Part shown: piece by piece, positions 1 to 9,478 of the stretch
Position numbering within the stretch: the stretch's first letter is position 1
Layout: every line of letters begins with the position of its first letter
From: Pseudomonadales bacterium
Lineage (GTDB): Bacteria > Patescibacteriota > Microgenomatia > UBA1400 > PJMF01
Assembly: GCA_020632265.1 (NCBI GenBank)
Contig: JACKFW010000001.1
Coordinates: 455-64,454 of the forward strand
DNA: 64,000 nucleotides
Direction of reading: 5' to 3'
Notes under the pieces: generated by a model
Seen by the model: the letters and a program-made list of their open reading frames with translations, nothing else
Databases searched by the model: none
What the model was told of the DNA's origin: nothing
Translations under genes and position numbers: made by a program

Positions 1-826
1 TTCCCATTGGTACTCCCTTACCTACTAGGGCCTCAATGATAGGGATAACGCTTATAGAATTAGCGTAAAGTGGGACTCCAAGTAAAGTTGCTGTTGGAAC
101 ACTCCACAAAGACGCACCTGATAAGGTATTGCTGATAAATGATTCTGGTACTAAACCGTGAATCAATGCTCCAAGCGTTACTCCCAACAATACATAAGGA
201 TATATTTTTTTAGTAATGTCCCACATTTCACTTGTCCAGAGCTTTATCCTCTCACTAAGGGGAACATATTGACCCTCATATCTTTGAATAAGTTTTTTTT
301 TGCCTGTGAAAGCTAAAATGTCAGGTTGAATATATTTTTCAAATTTCATTTTTTGGATCAAATACCCACCAGTAACTGCAATAAAAATGCCAAGCAAGTT
401 ATAAAGCAAGGTTATTTTTATTCCAAATACGCTTGGAAATAAAAACAGAGAAGACTCATTGACCAGTGGAGAACTAATCAAAAAAGCAAAAGTAACTCCT
501 AATGGAATTCCTGCTGATAGAAAACCCATAAACAGTGGAATTGATGAGCAAGAACAGAATGGAGTTACTACTCCAAGAATTGCAGCAAAGAGATATTGTG
601 TTCCATACCAGTTTTTTCTTGTGAGCAAATCCCTGACTTTTTCCATCGGAAAGTAGTAACGAGTAATTCCCATAAAATAGTTGATGACAATCAGAAGAAT
701 GCTAATTTTGAGGACATCGTAAATCCAAAAGTTTACTACTCCTGCTAGATAGCTTTGTTCTGTAATGTTGAGCCAGTCATAGGTGACAAAATCTGCAAAT
801 ATTTGGAAGGGAGAAAATATATCCAT
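1..826 (-). CDS. ArsP-like permease (COG0701/DUF318 family), N-terminal part; the gene continues beyond the window start
   Basis: Reverse-strand translation from the ATG at 824-826 reads MDIFSPFQIFADFVTYDW...TPFCSCSSIPLFMGFLSAGIPLGVTFAFLISSPLVNE. The TPFCSC motif and TM-rich sequence are typical of this permease family. An AGGAGAAA RBS lies upstream. It is not in the ORF track because it is truncated at the window edge. Confidence 0.6.
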   Translation of the reverse strand, partial: MDIFSPFQIFADFVTYDWLNITEQSYLAGVVNFWIYDVLKISILLIVINYFMGITRYYFPMEKVRDLLTRKNWYGTQYLFAAILGVVTPFCSCSSIPLFMGFLSAGIPLGVTFAFLISSPLVNESSLFLFPSVFGIKITLLYNLLGIFIAVTGGYLIQKMKFEKYIQPDILAFTGKKKLIQRYEGQYVPLSERIKLWTSEMWDITKKIYPYVLLGVTLGALIHGLVPESFISNTLSGASLWSVPTATLLGVPLYANSISVIPIIEALVGKGVPMG

Positions 827-837
827 CGTTTTTCTCC

Positions 838-1086
838 TTACTTGGCTTTGATAATAGCTTTTTTAATTTTTTCTTTATCAGGAGAAAAACCAACCATAGC
901 AGTCTTATTATTTACTGCTAATACTGGACTACTCATTGCTCCTAGCTCAATAATTCTGCTAGTACCTTCAACGCCAGTTAGATACTCAAGCTCTATGTGA
1001 CCACTCATTTTTGAAGTGACTTCTTGAGTAATGTCAAATAGTTTTTTACAAGTAGCGCACCCCGAGCCTAAAACTTGTACTTTCAT
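838..1086 (-). CDS. Small thioredoxin-fold redox-active disulfide protein (thioredoxin family protein, TIGR00412-like)
   Basis: 82 aa starting MKVQVLGSGCATCKK, with a CxxC motif. It is the usual operon partner of ArsR and COG0701 permeases. Confidence 0.7.
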   Translation of the reverse strand: MKVQVLGSGCATCKKLFDITQEVTSKMSGHIELEYLTGVEGTSRIIELGAMSSPVLAVNNKTAMVGFSPDKEKIKKAIIKAK

Positions 1087-1409
1087 TTTTCCTCCTTACT
1101 ACTCAATAGTTTGAGTAATTTGATAACTTTTTTACCCTTTTTAGAAAGGGAATATGTTACTTGTCGTCCAGATCTTTCAAACTCAACCAAAGATAATTCC
1201 TTGAGGGCAATCAAGTGGTGAGAAACCAGACTTTGAGACACTGCTAAATGATCCACTAAGTCATTGACTGGATGATCTCCTGAGTTCAAGACACAAAGTA
1301 TTTGCAATCTGTTTTTATCAGAAAGTAGTTTGATCAGAGAAAGTTGAGACAGTATTTGCTCACTTTCTTCTGTTTGATTGTCACAACATTTATATGAATA
1401 CATATTCAT
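1083..1409 (-). CDS. ArsR/SmtB family transcriptional regulator
   Basis: 108 aa with a wHTH region (LQILCVLNSGDHPVNDLVDHLAVSQSLVSHHLIALKELSLVEFERSGRQVTYSL). It has a 4-nt overlap with the downstream thioredoxin-like gene. Confidence 0.8.
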   Translation of the reverse strand: MNMYSYKCCDNQTEESEQILSQLSLIKLLSDKNRLQILCVLNSGDHPVNDLVDHLAVSQSLVSHHLIALKELSLVEFERSGRQVTYSLSKKGKKVIKLLKLLSSKEEK

Positions 1410-1480
1410 ATATTATACACAAAAAATGATATTTTAATAGTCAATAATAATATGCTGAAAAGTATTGATACATCAATATT

Positions 1481-1494
1481 GTGACCCCACGGGG
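1481..1494 (-). repeat. Partial copy of the tRNA-Glu 3' end (gtgaccccacgggg), distal att-like repeat
   Basis: It matches the 3' acceptor/T-arm end of tRNA-Glu (1852-1865) for 14-16 nt. It is preceded by a GC-rich GAGCGA-rich module. Confidence 0.6.
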
Positions 1495-1701
1495 AAGCTA
1501 CGACTCCTTCGTTTCGCTCAGTCGCATGCACTATCCTGGCTCGCTACACTCTCGTTAGCTCGCCATGCACCCCAGGGCACCTTCTCTTGCTTCGCAATTC
1601 ACCTTGTGGCGGAATCCAGCCTCAATTCATTCAGCGAGCGTGCTCTTCCAACTTTAAGATCAAACAAAAAAAAAAGCGTATAAATCCGCTTTTTCTCTCG
1701 T

Positions 1702-1715
1702 GTGACCCCACGGGG
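1702..1715 (-). repeat. Partial copy of the tRNA-Glu 3' end (gtgaccccacgggg), proximal att-like repeat
   Basis: It matches tRNA-Glu 3'-end nucleotides for 16-18 nt. The adjacent sequence ...gagcgagtgaaatgagc... is related to the module at the tRNA-Asp island. Confidence 0.6.
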
Positions 1716-1851
1716 AATCACTACGAGAGTACTTCTCGGGCTCATTTCACTCGCTCGAAGTTCGCGAACCAATCAGTACTTTGTGCTGAAGTTAAATCAG
1801 CGTTGAGATAAAATAATAAAAAAGAACCATAAATGGCTCTATTTTATTATG

Positions 1852-1923
1852 TGACCCCACGGGGAATCGAACCCCGGCTGCCAGGATGAAAACCTGGTGT
1901 CCTAACCGCTAGACGATGGGGCC
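1852..1923 (-). tRNA. tRNA-Glu (anticodon UUC)
   Basis: The reverse complement folds as a cloverleaf: acceptor GGCCCCA/TGGGGTC, D-arm GTCT-AGCGGTTA-GGAC, anticodon stem CCAGG/CCTGG with loop TTTTCAT, T-arm CGGGG-TTCGATT-CCCCG, and discriminator A. Confidence 0.85.
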
Positions 1924-1966
1924 GTTTTTAAACGGCGTTGACTTTCACAAACAATTTTCTTGTTTT

Positions 1967-2407
1967 TTATGGCCAACTTACATTTTCAAAGTGCTGTATT
2001 TGTGGGTTAACTAGTTTGTCATCACCTTTTAAATACTCAATTGCTATAATATCAAATCTATAGTCGTTATTATAGCCTCTCTGCCTTAAATAATTTTGGG
2101 CAACGAGATTCATGTTTTTTAATTTGTTTTTTGTAACTGCTTGCGATGGATTTCCAAAAAAACAATTACTTCTAGTTTTTACTTCAATGAAGACTATTTC
2201 ATCAAATTTGTTGTCTAGAGCGATTATGTCAATTTCGCTATTATTTATTCTAATGTTAATTTCTAAAATTTTGTAACCTAAAAAACCCAAGAATTTTCTT
2301 GCTTTTTGCTCTCCCTTTTTTCCTAGAGAAAAATTATTCAGCCTTAACTGCTTTAGTGTGAGTGTCTTTTTCTTTAATTCTAGTAGCGGATTTACCGAGT
2401 CTATCAC
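1967..2407 (-). CDS. YraN family (UPF0102) endonuclease
   Basis: The [21 protein letters not shown]...RFDIIAIE core is typical of YraN. The annotated GTG start overlaps rplS by 74 nt, so the true start is probably further downstream. Confidence 0.7.
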   Translation of the reverse strand: MIDSVNPLLELKKKTLTLKQLRLNNFSLGKKGEQKARKFLGFLGYKILEINIRINNSEIDIIALDNKFDEIVFIEVKTRSNCFFGNPSQAVTKNKLKNMNLVAQNYLRQRGYNNDYRFDIIAIEYLKGDDKLVNPQIQHFENVSWP

Positions 2408-2687
2408 GTAAGTAGTATAACTTCGCTCTTCTTACATTTCCCTTACGTTTAACTTCAATTTTTTTGATTTGCGGCATATTAATTGGATATATTTTTTCTA
2501 CACCAATTCCGCCAGCGCCAATTTTCCTGACCGTAAAGGTTTTTCCATTGCCTCTGTTTTTGATTGCAATAACAATGCCTTCAAAAATTTGAATTCTGGT
2601 TTTATCACCTTCAGATATTTCTTGATGAACTTTAACAGTATCGCCAACTGAAATTTTAAGGTCGTTATGTGTTAAATATTGTGCCAT
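2334..2687 (-). CDS. rplS: 50S ribosomal protein L19
   Basis: 117 aa. [21 protein letters not shown]...[20 protein letters not shown] is a typical L19 sequence. Confidence 0.9.
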   Translation of the reverse strand: MAQYLTHNDLKISVGDTVKVHQEISEGDKTRIQIFEGIVIAIKNRGNGKTFTVRKIGAGGIGVEKIYPINMPQIKKIEVKRKGNVRRAKLYYLRDRLGKSATRIKEKDTHTKAVKAE

Positions 2688-2801
2688 GATTATTGTCCTA
2701 TTTGCTTAAAGCTATAAACCTAATTACAAGGCTTATCATTTTACTCGAAAACTCATAAATATGCAATCTTAAACTATTTGGGTATAGTTTATCTTAAATT
2801 A

Positions 2802-4496
2802 CTATTTTTTTGATTGTTTTATAACTGCTTTTAAGTATTCAACAAAAATTGGATGTGGTTTTAATGGTTGAGATTTATATTCTGGATGCGCTTGGGTAGC
2901 AAGAAAAAATGGATGTTTATTTTGTGGTAATTCAATCATTTCGACAAAAAAATCGTCTGGTGAAGTCCCAGAAATTATAAAACCGGCATTTTCTAGTACT
3001 TCTCGATATTTATTATTAAATTCAAATCGATGTCTGTGTCTTTCAGAAATTAAGTTTTTATTTTCATCTTTGAAAGCATGGTGTTTTTTATAAATATTGT
3101 GAGCCAGAGTATTTGGTTTCAAAATACAATCGTAGGCTCCAAGTCTCATACTGGCACCTTTACCTTTAATTTTTTGATATTTTTCTTCAAATGGGATGTC
3201 ATGAATAATTGGATATGGAGTTTCTGGATTGACTTCGACAGTATTGGCATCTTTTAATCCTGCAACGTTTCTAGCAAACTCAATACTTGCTAACTGCATA
3301 CCATAGCAAAGCCCTAAATATGGAACTTTATTTTCTCTAGCATATTTGATTGCTGAAATTTTTCCCTCAACTCCTCTTTCTCCCCAACCAATTGGAACGA
3401 TGATTCCATCAACTGATTTTAAATCATTAAGAGCCTTATCTTTTTTTGTTTCTAAGTCGGTGGCTTTAATAAACACAATCTCCATATTTGTATCTGTGTA
3501 CGAGCTTGCAAATTTTAGAGATTCAATCAATGATACATAAGAATCTGTCAATTCATAATCTCCGGTTGCCAAGTATTTAGCTATGATTGCAATTTTTACA
3601 CTATGTTTTTTATTAGCTTTAAACTTTTTGACAAAATTATTCCATTCAGTCAAGTCTGCCTTATTAATTGGTAGTCCAAGCTTAATAAGAACTCTTTCAT
3701 CAAACTTTTGCTCTGCTAATATTGGTGGAATTTCGTAAATACTTTCACAATCTGGATTTGAAATAACATCATCTTTATCCATGCTGCTATAAAAGGCAAC
3801 TTTTTCTTTTCTTTTTTCATCAATTGGGAGCTCGCCTCGTCCAACAATAAAATCTGGTTGAATTCCCATAGAATTCAGAGTTTTAACAGATAATTGAGTT
3901 GGTTTTGATTTCAACTCATTAATATGTGAAGGATTTGGAAAATATGTAACGTGAATATGAATAGTATCTTGAGGTGTCTGAAGATTCATAATACGATAAG
4001 CTTCGTAATAAATTACATTTTGATATTCTCCTGCAGTGCCACCAAGTTCTACCAAACAAATATCATAACCCTCACCAGCTTTTTTAATTCTTTCGATTGC
4101 TTCTTGAGGAATGTATAGCCAGGCGTCAACTGTTGCGCCGTTGTAGGCTAGGTTTTTGGTATTGTCAATAACTTTTGAATAAATTTGACCTAATGTAGTA
4201 AAATTTTTGTGGCCTACTTCTTCACCTAAGAATCTTTCATATGAACCAAGATCTAAATCCGCTTCCAGACCATCTTCACATAAAAAAACGTCTCCGTGCT
4301 CAATGGGATTGATGTTGCCTGAATCTATGTTTAGATAATTCTCACATTTTATGTTGGTGATGCTATAACCTCTATTTTTCAGGAGCAATCCTAAAGATGC
4401 AGCGGTTATACCTTTGCCTAGGCCAGAGAGAACACCTCCTGATACGAAGACATATTTAGTATTTTTAATTGGGGTATTATTACCATGAATGCTCAT
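2802..4496 (-). CDS. pyrG: CTP synthase
   Basis: 564 aa. The N-terminal synthetase domain (YVFVSGGVLSGLGKGITAASLG) and the C-terminal class I glutamine amidotransferase region (GLCYGMQL) are both present. Confidence 0.95.
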   Translation of the reverse strand: MSIHGNNTPIKNTKYVFVSGGVLSGLGKGITAASLGLLLKNRGYSITNIKCENYLNIDSGNINPIEHGDVFLCEDGLEADLDLGSYERFLGEEVGHKNFTTLGQIYSKVIDNTKNLAYNGATVDAWLYIPQEAIERIKKAGEGYDICLVELGGTAGEYQNVIYYEAYRIMNLQTPQDTIHIHVTYFPNPSHINELKSKPTQLSVKTLNSMGIQPDFIVGRGELPIDEKRKEKVAFYSSMDKDDVISNPDCESIYEIPPILAEQKFDERVLIKLGLPINKADLTEWNNFVKKFKANKKHSVKIAIIAKYLATGDYELTDSYVSLIESLKFASSYTDTNMEIVFIKATDLETKKDKALNDLKSVDGIIVPIGWGERGVEGKISAIKYARENKVPYLGLCYGMQLASIEFARNVAGLKDANTVEVNPETPYPIIHDIPFEEKYQKIKGKGASMRLGAYDCILKPNTLAHNIYKKHHAFKDENKNLISERHRHRFEFNNKYREVLENAGFIISGTSPDDFFVEMIELPQNKHPFFLATQAHPEYKSQPLKPHPIFVEYLKAVIKQSKK

Positions 4497-4536
4497 GGAA
4501 AGGTATTATACTTTCTATTTAATGATTAAGCAAAAG

Positions 4537-7500
4537 TTATTTTAATATATTGGCAATTTTCTTTTCTAATTCTGGGCTCCAATTCACTCCGTAAGGTAAC
4601 AACATCTTTTGAGGTTTTGAGCCATTTGGGATAAGCACTATTACGCTTTGGGAACCTTGTTGAGATTTAAGTAAATCTCCTAATTTTTTAAGTGTTTCTT
4701 TACTTGTTTTTCTGGGAACAAATATTTCTTTATGGATCGAAGATCCTTCATGAAATAAGTCATCTTCATTTGGGACGTTTATGGTATCAACTAGTAATTG
4801 TAGTTCCCCATCTCTTTCATCTACCTTGGCTTTTATCATGATGACTGCATTGTCATGAATAATGTTTGAATATTTTTCAAATGTTTTGGGAAATATTACA
4901 ATGTCAATTGAACCAGTATCGTCTTCAAGCTTTGCAAATGCCATATTTTTACCCATTTTTTTGGTAGTAATATTACGCACGTTGGTTAGTAGTCCTCCAA
5001 ACTGAAACACTTTGTCTTTATGAATGCTTTCATCTAAATCCTCTATCTTTTTATTTGCACTCTTTGAAACTGCAGTTAGTTGGTGAGCTAAAGGATGATC
5101 TGTTAAATAAAGACCAAGTAATTCTTTCTCAAATGAGAGTAGTTCTTGTTGTGGATATTCTGGAAGTTTTGGAAAAGTATCTTCTAGAGTATCGTCTACC
5201 GAAGTCACGTCATTAAAAAGAGAATCTTGTCCTTCAATTTCTGATTGAAGTTGAGATGCAGTTGTTCTAATTTTCTCAAGTCCTTCAAGCATACTTGATC
5301 GATTTCCAAATTTGTCCATCACACCAACTTTGATTAAAGTTTCGAGAGTAGTTTTGTTTACTTTTCTACTATCAGTTTTGTGAATAAATTGAGTCAGTGA
5401 GGAAAATGTTTTTACTTCTTTTCTTGTTTCTAAGATATTTTCGATTGCCTTTGAGCCGATGTGTTTAATAGCATTAAAACCAAATCTAATAGCCAAACCT
5501 TCCAATGAATCTTTATCTTTTTCAATAATGAAATCATCCGAAGATTTATTTAAATCAGGAGGATAAATTTTGATTCCCATTTTTTTTGAGGTTTCAATTG
5601 CTTGAGCAATTTTAATATCTCTATTCATAGAATGGGAAGCTGACTCGACACTCATAAGAGCTGTCATATACTCCACAGGATAGTTGGCTTTAAGATATGC
5701 GGTTTGGTAGGAAATCATCGCATAACTAGCTGCATGTGCTTTGTTGAATCCGTAATTGGCAAAAGCTTCAATAAAGCCCCAAACCTTTTCGGCAACAGCT
5801 TTTTTATAACCTTTGATTACTGACTGATCAATAAATCTTCTTTTGTTTTCATCTAAAAGCTTTTTTTTCTTTTTACCGATTGCTCGACGTAAAATATCTG
5901 CTTCTCCAAGGGTATAGCCAGCCATAAGATTAGCAATTTCGAGAATCTGCTCCTGGTAAACCATGACCCCATATGTTTCTTTTAAAATCGGTTTTAGTGA
6001 TTCATGAGGATAGTGAATAGACTTAGGATTATGTTTTCCTTCAATGAAGGTTGGAATTAGATCCATAGGTCCAGGACGATAAAGAGCAACCATAGCAGTA
6101 ATGTCTGAAAATAGGTTTGGTTTAAGTGTTCTAGCAACTCTTCTCATTCCTGCAGATTCAAGTTGAAAAACCCCAAAAGTATCACCCGATGATAAAAGTT
6201 TATAAGTCTTTTTATCATTTAGTGGTAATTTATCGATATCAATATCAACATTCTTATTGACTTTAATCAATTGAAGCGCGGTATTTATAGTGGTTAAGTT
6301 TCTTAAACCTAAAAAATCAAATTTCAAAAGCCCAATTGCGTTATCGTCAATATTACAGTCAAGAGCATACATGTCATATTGAGTGATTGTTTTTCCAGAT
6401 TTTGAATCTTTTTGAATTGCAACATAATCCGGTAAAGGCTTGTCAGTAATGATAATGGCAGCCGCGTGCACTGACGAATGCCTGATACTACCCTCGACTT
6501 TCATTGCTAAATCAATTAGTTTTTTAAATTTTGGTTGCTTATAATATTCGGCTAATTCTGGAACTGTTTCAATTGCTTGTTTAAGTGATGTTTTTTTTGC
6601 TGGAAGGTTAGGAATTAATTTTGCAATTTTGTCAGGATCTTCGTAAGGCATGCCTAGAACTCTGCCAATGTCTCTAATTGAAACTCGAGCTTCCATTTTT
6701 CCGAATGTAATCACATGAGCAACGTGATCGTCTCCATATTTTTGAGCTACATAGTTGATAACTTGATCTCTTTTGGTGTCAGCAAAATCTAGATCAATGT
6801 CAGGAGGTGTGGGTCGCTGTGGATTTAAGAAACGCTCAAAAGCAAGTCCGTGCTTTAATGGATCAATGGTTGTAATTCCAATACTAAATGATACCAATGA
6901 TCCTGCCGCTGACCCTCTTCCCGGTCCAACTGTAATGCCATTTTCTTTTGACCAGTTAACAAAGTCTTGAGTAATTAAAAAATACGCAGCGTAGCCTTTG
7001 TCATTAATAATTTTTAGTTCATAATCGAGTCGTTCTTTAATTTCTGGAGTTAATTTACCAAGTTTATCTTTTGCACCTTTGTATGACATTTTTTGGAGAG
7101 CAGTGGCTAGCGTCTCACCTTTGGGAATTGGGTATTCAGGAAAAATTAGTTGTCCTGTGGGAATTATTAAATTACATTCATCAGCTATTTTTACTGTGTT
7201 TTCAATTGCATCAGGATAATCTTTGAACAAATCAATCATTTCTTCACTAGATCTTAAATAGAAATCGGGAGAGTTTAGCATGGTCATGCGTTTGTCATCA
7301 GAAATTAATTTTCTAGTTTGGATGCAAAGTAATGCATCTTGGGCAATTGCATCATTTTTTTCAACATAATGCACATCATTAGTTGCAACTATCGGAATAT
7401 CGAGTTTTCTGGCCATTTCAACTTGGAGTTTGGTTAGACTAGATAATTCTTTGATTGAAGGATGAACTTGAATTTCAATGTAAAATCTATTTGGAAATTT

Positions 7501-8046
7501 AGTTTTAAATAGCCTGAATTTTTTTTCTGCTTCTTCAATTTTACCATCCATAAGTAGTTTATTAAAAATGCTACTCATACATCCACTTGTACAGATAATT
7601 CCTTTTGAATATTTAAATAAAGTCTCTTCATCAATGCGTGGTTTGTAAGAAAAACCTTCAAAATTAGCAATTGAAACTAACCGATTGATATTTTGATATC
7701 CTGTAAAATTTTTTGCCAATAGGGTGAGATGAAACTGATCGGAACCCAATCTGATTTGTTTATCTTTTCTAGATTTTTTAGCCATGTAGATTTCGACGCC
7801 AACGATCGGTTTAATACCGTTTTTATTACATTCGTTGTAAAAATGGAGTGCACCATACATTGCTCCATGGTCTGTTATTGCTAGAGCATGTTGGCGATGT
7901 TCTTTGGCACTGGACATTAAGTCGGGAAGTTTAGACAGACCGTCTAATAGAGAATATTCAGTGTGTACATGAAGATGTACAAATTTTCCCTTTGGAAGTT
8001 GTTTTAATTGTTTTGTGTCAGCCATATCTAGTAGATATGGTAGCAT
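4537..8046 (-). CDS. dnaE: DNA polymerase III alpha subunit
   Basis: 1169 aa. It has the PHP domain (HLHVHTEYSLLDG), polymerase core motifs and an OB-fold tail. Confidence 0.95.
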   Translation of the reverse strand: MLPYLLDMADTKQLKQLPKGKFVHLHVHTEYSLLDGLSKLPDLMSSAKEHRQHALAITDHGAMYGALHFYNECNKNGIKPIVGVEIYMAKKSRKDKQIRLGSDQFHLTLLAKNFTGYQNINRLVSIANFEGFSYKPRIDEETLFKYSKGIICTSGCMSSIFNKLLMDGKIEEAEKKFRLFKTKFPNRFYIEIQVHPSIKELSSLTKLQVEMARKLDIPIVATNDVHYVEKNDAIAQDALLCIQTRKLISDDKRMTMLNSPDFYLRSSEEMIDLFKDYPDAIENTVKIADECNLIIPTGQLIFPEYPIPKGETLATALQKMSYKGAKDKLGKLTPEIKERLDYELKIINDKGYAAYFLITQDFVNWSKENGITVGPGRGSAAGSLVSFSIGITTIDPLKHGLAFERFLNPQRPTPPDIDLDFADTKRDQVINYVAQKYGDDHVAHVITFGKMEARVSIRDIGRVLGMPYEDPDKIAKLIPNLPAKKTSLKQAIETVPELAEYYKQPKFKKLIDLAMKVEGSIRHSSVHAAAIIITDKPLPDYVAIQKDSKSGKTITQYDMYALDCNIDDNAIGLLKFDFLGLRNLTTINTALQLIKVNKNVDIDIDKLPLNDKKTYKLLSSGDTFGVFQLESAGMRRVARTLKPNLFSDITAMVALYRPGPMDLIPTFIEGKHNPKSIHYPHESLKPILKETYGVMVYQEQILEIANLMAGYTLGEADILRRAIGKKKKKLLDENKRRFIDQSVIKGYKKAVAEKVWGFIEAFANYGFNKAHAASYAMISYQTAYLKANYPVEYMTALMSVESASHSMNRDIKIAQAIETSKKMGIKIYPPDLNKSSDDFIIEKDKDSLEGLAIRFGFNAIKHIGSKAIENILETRKEVKTFSSLTQFIHKTDSRKVNKTTLETLIKVGVMDKFGNRSSMLEGLEKIRTTASQLQSEIEGQDSLFNDVTSVDDTLEDTFPKLPEYPQQELLSFEKELLGLYLTDHPLAHQLTAVSKSANKKIEDLDESIHKDKVFQFGGLLTNVRNITTKKMGKNMAFAKLEDDTGSIDIVIFPKTFEKYSNIIHDNAVIMIKAKVDERDGELQLLVDTINVPNEDDLFHEGSSIHKEIFVPRKTSKETLKKLGDLLKSQQGSQSVIVLIPNGSKPQKMLLPYGVNWSPELEKKIANILK

Positions 8047-8076
8047 ATTTTTATTTGATTTGAGGATGTGGAAAGT

Positions 8077-9426
8077 TTATTTATTAAGTTCTTGAATTAT
8101 TAGCGTTGATAATAAATTGGCGTCTACTTTTTTGCCAATCAATCTTGCAGTTTGGCCTATGAAAAATCCAAGAACTTTTGTTTCACCAGTTTGAAATTTT
8201 TTAACAGCATCTGAATTTTGTGAGAGTACAATATTTATTTTTTTTAGGATTTCATCTTGGCTTACATCGTCCAATTGAAATAATGATTTAAATGTTGTTA
8301 TTATATTGCTTGCTTTATTTTCACGTGAAATGTCAATTTTCTTATTAACAATCGCACTTGCAAGCTGGTTCGGTGTTAAAGAATCATTAATTAATAAATT
8401 GAATGATTCCTCAATTAAATTAGCTGATTGGATATCAGTTATTAATTGCGCGGAATAGCGCTCTTCTACCTTATATTCTTCAAACCATCTACTAGCTATA
8501 TTTGCAGGCAACTCTGGAAGTGATTGTTCAATGAAATCAACATTTTCACGTGAAAATCTAATTGGAGGAAGATCTGGGTCTGGGAAATATCGATAGTCTT
8601 CAGCGTCTTCTTTGGAGCGTTGTGAGAACGTCATAGATTTATTTGAATCCCATCCTCTTGTTTCTTGGACTGGTATTTCATCATTGTCTAAAATTTTTGC
8701 TTGCCTTATCATTTCGAAAGATATTGCTTGTTCGGCAAATTTAAAAGAGTTGATATTTTTAACCTCAACTTTATAATTTGGTAAATTTTCTTGATCAATT
8801 TTAGCAAGTGAAATATTGGCTTCCAATCTCATTCCGCCTTGATCCATATCGCAGTCCGCAACTTCTAAATATCTAAGAATTTGACGTATCTTTTTTCCAT
8901 ATTCCTTTGCTTGTTCTGGTGAATAAATTTCAGGTTCAGTAACGATTTCTATCAAAGGAACACCACTTCTATTAAAATCAATTAAACTAACCTTTTTGCC
9001 ATTTATGACTTTATGTAATAGTTTTCCAGTGTCTTCTTCAAGATGAATTCTTGTGATTTTAACTGGGCCGTATGAAGTTTCGAGAACACCATCAAAGCAA
9101 AATGGTATATCATATTGACTGATTTGATAAGCCTTTGGCAAATCTGGATAAAAGTAATTCTTTCGATCAAATTTGGAAAATAAGTTAATTTTACATTTTA
9201 AAGCCAGGCCAACTTTAATAGTCCATTCTATGGCTTTTTTGTTGGCTGTGGGTAGACCACCGGGCATTCCTAAACAGACTGGACATGTATAAATATTTGG
9301 TTCCTTAGCTCCGAAAGGATCATTTTTACAACCACAAAACATTTTTGAGTCAGTCTTCAATTCTGCGTGAATTTCTATCCCGCAAATGAGCTGGTATTCG
9401 TTTTTGTTTGTTTTTATTGTTTTCAT
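8077..9426 (-). CDS. gatB: Asp-tRNA(Asn)/Glu-tRNA(Gln) amidotransferase subunit B
   Basis: 449 aa. The N-terminus (GIEIHAELKTDSKMFCGC) and the operon order with gatA and gatC support the call. Confidence 0.9.
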   Translation of the reverse strand: MKTIKTNKNEYQLICGIEIHAELKTDSKMFCGCKNDPFGAKEPNIYTCPVCLGMPGGLPTANKKAIEWTIKVGLALKCKINLFSKFDRKNYFYPDLPKAYQISQYDIPFCFDGVLETSYGPVKITRIHLEEDTGKLLHKVINGKKVSLIDFNRSGVPLIEIVTEPEIYSPEQAKEYGKKIRQILRYLEVADCDMDQGGMRLEANISLAKIDQENLPNYKVEVKNINSFKFAEQAISFEMIRQAKILDNDEIPVQETRGWDSNKSMTFSQRSKEDAEDYRYFPDPDLPPIRFSRENVDFIEQSLPELPANIASRWFEEYKVEERYSAQLITDIQSANLIEESFNLLINDSLTPNQLASAIVNKKIDISRENKASNIITTFKSLFQLDDVSQDEILKKINIVLSQNSDAVKKFQTGETKVLGFFIGQTARLIGKKVDANLLSTLIIQELNK

Positions 9427-9478
9427 TGTTTATTGATAAAATTTTTGTATCCGTGAAATATTTTTCACGAGTCTTATA

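Noticed and set aside
459-1000. Plus-strand ORFs 459-656 and 755-1000
   Set aside because: They lie antisense to a well-supported permease gene (minus strand, TPFCSC motif) and to the thioredoxin-like gene. They have no RBS and low-complexity translations.
1465-1811. Overlapping plus-strand ORFs 1465-1683 and 1587-1811
   Set aside because: They fall entirely within the GC-rich tRNA-Glu-associated repeat units. They have no RBS, their frames overlap, and their translations are Ser/Leu/Arg-rich as expected from GC-rich non-coding repeats.
3346-3540. Short antisense ORFs inside pyrG, dnaE, parB, ileS, ftsZ, ftsA, murA, murC, murE, ftsI, glyQS and others (for example 6773-6970, 7677-7868, 19479-19679, 30373-30820, 33450-34262, 40849-41277, 52168-52898)
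   Set aside because: All are embedded opposite strongly supported housekeeping CDSs. They have low-complexity translations and no independent signals.
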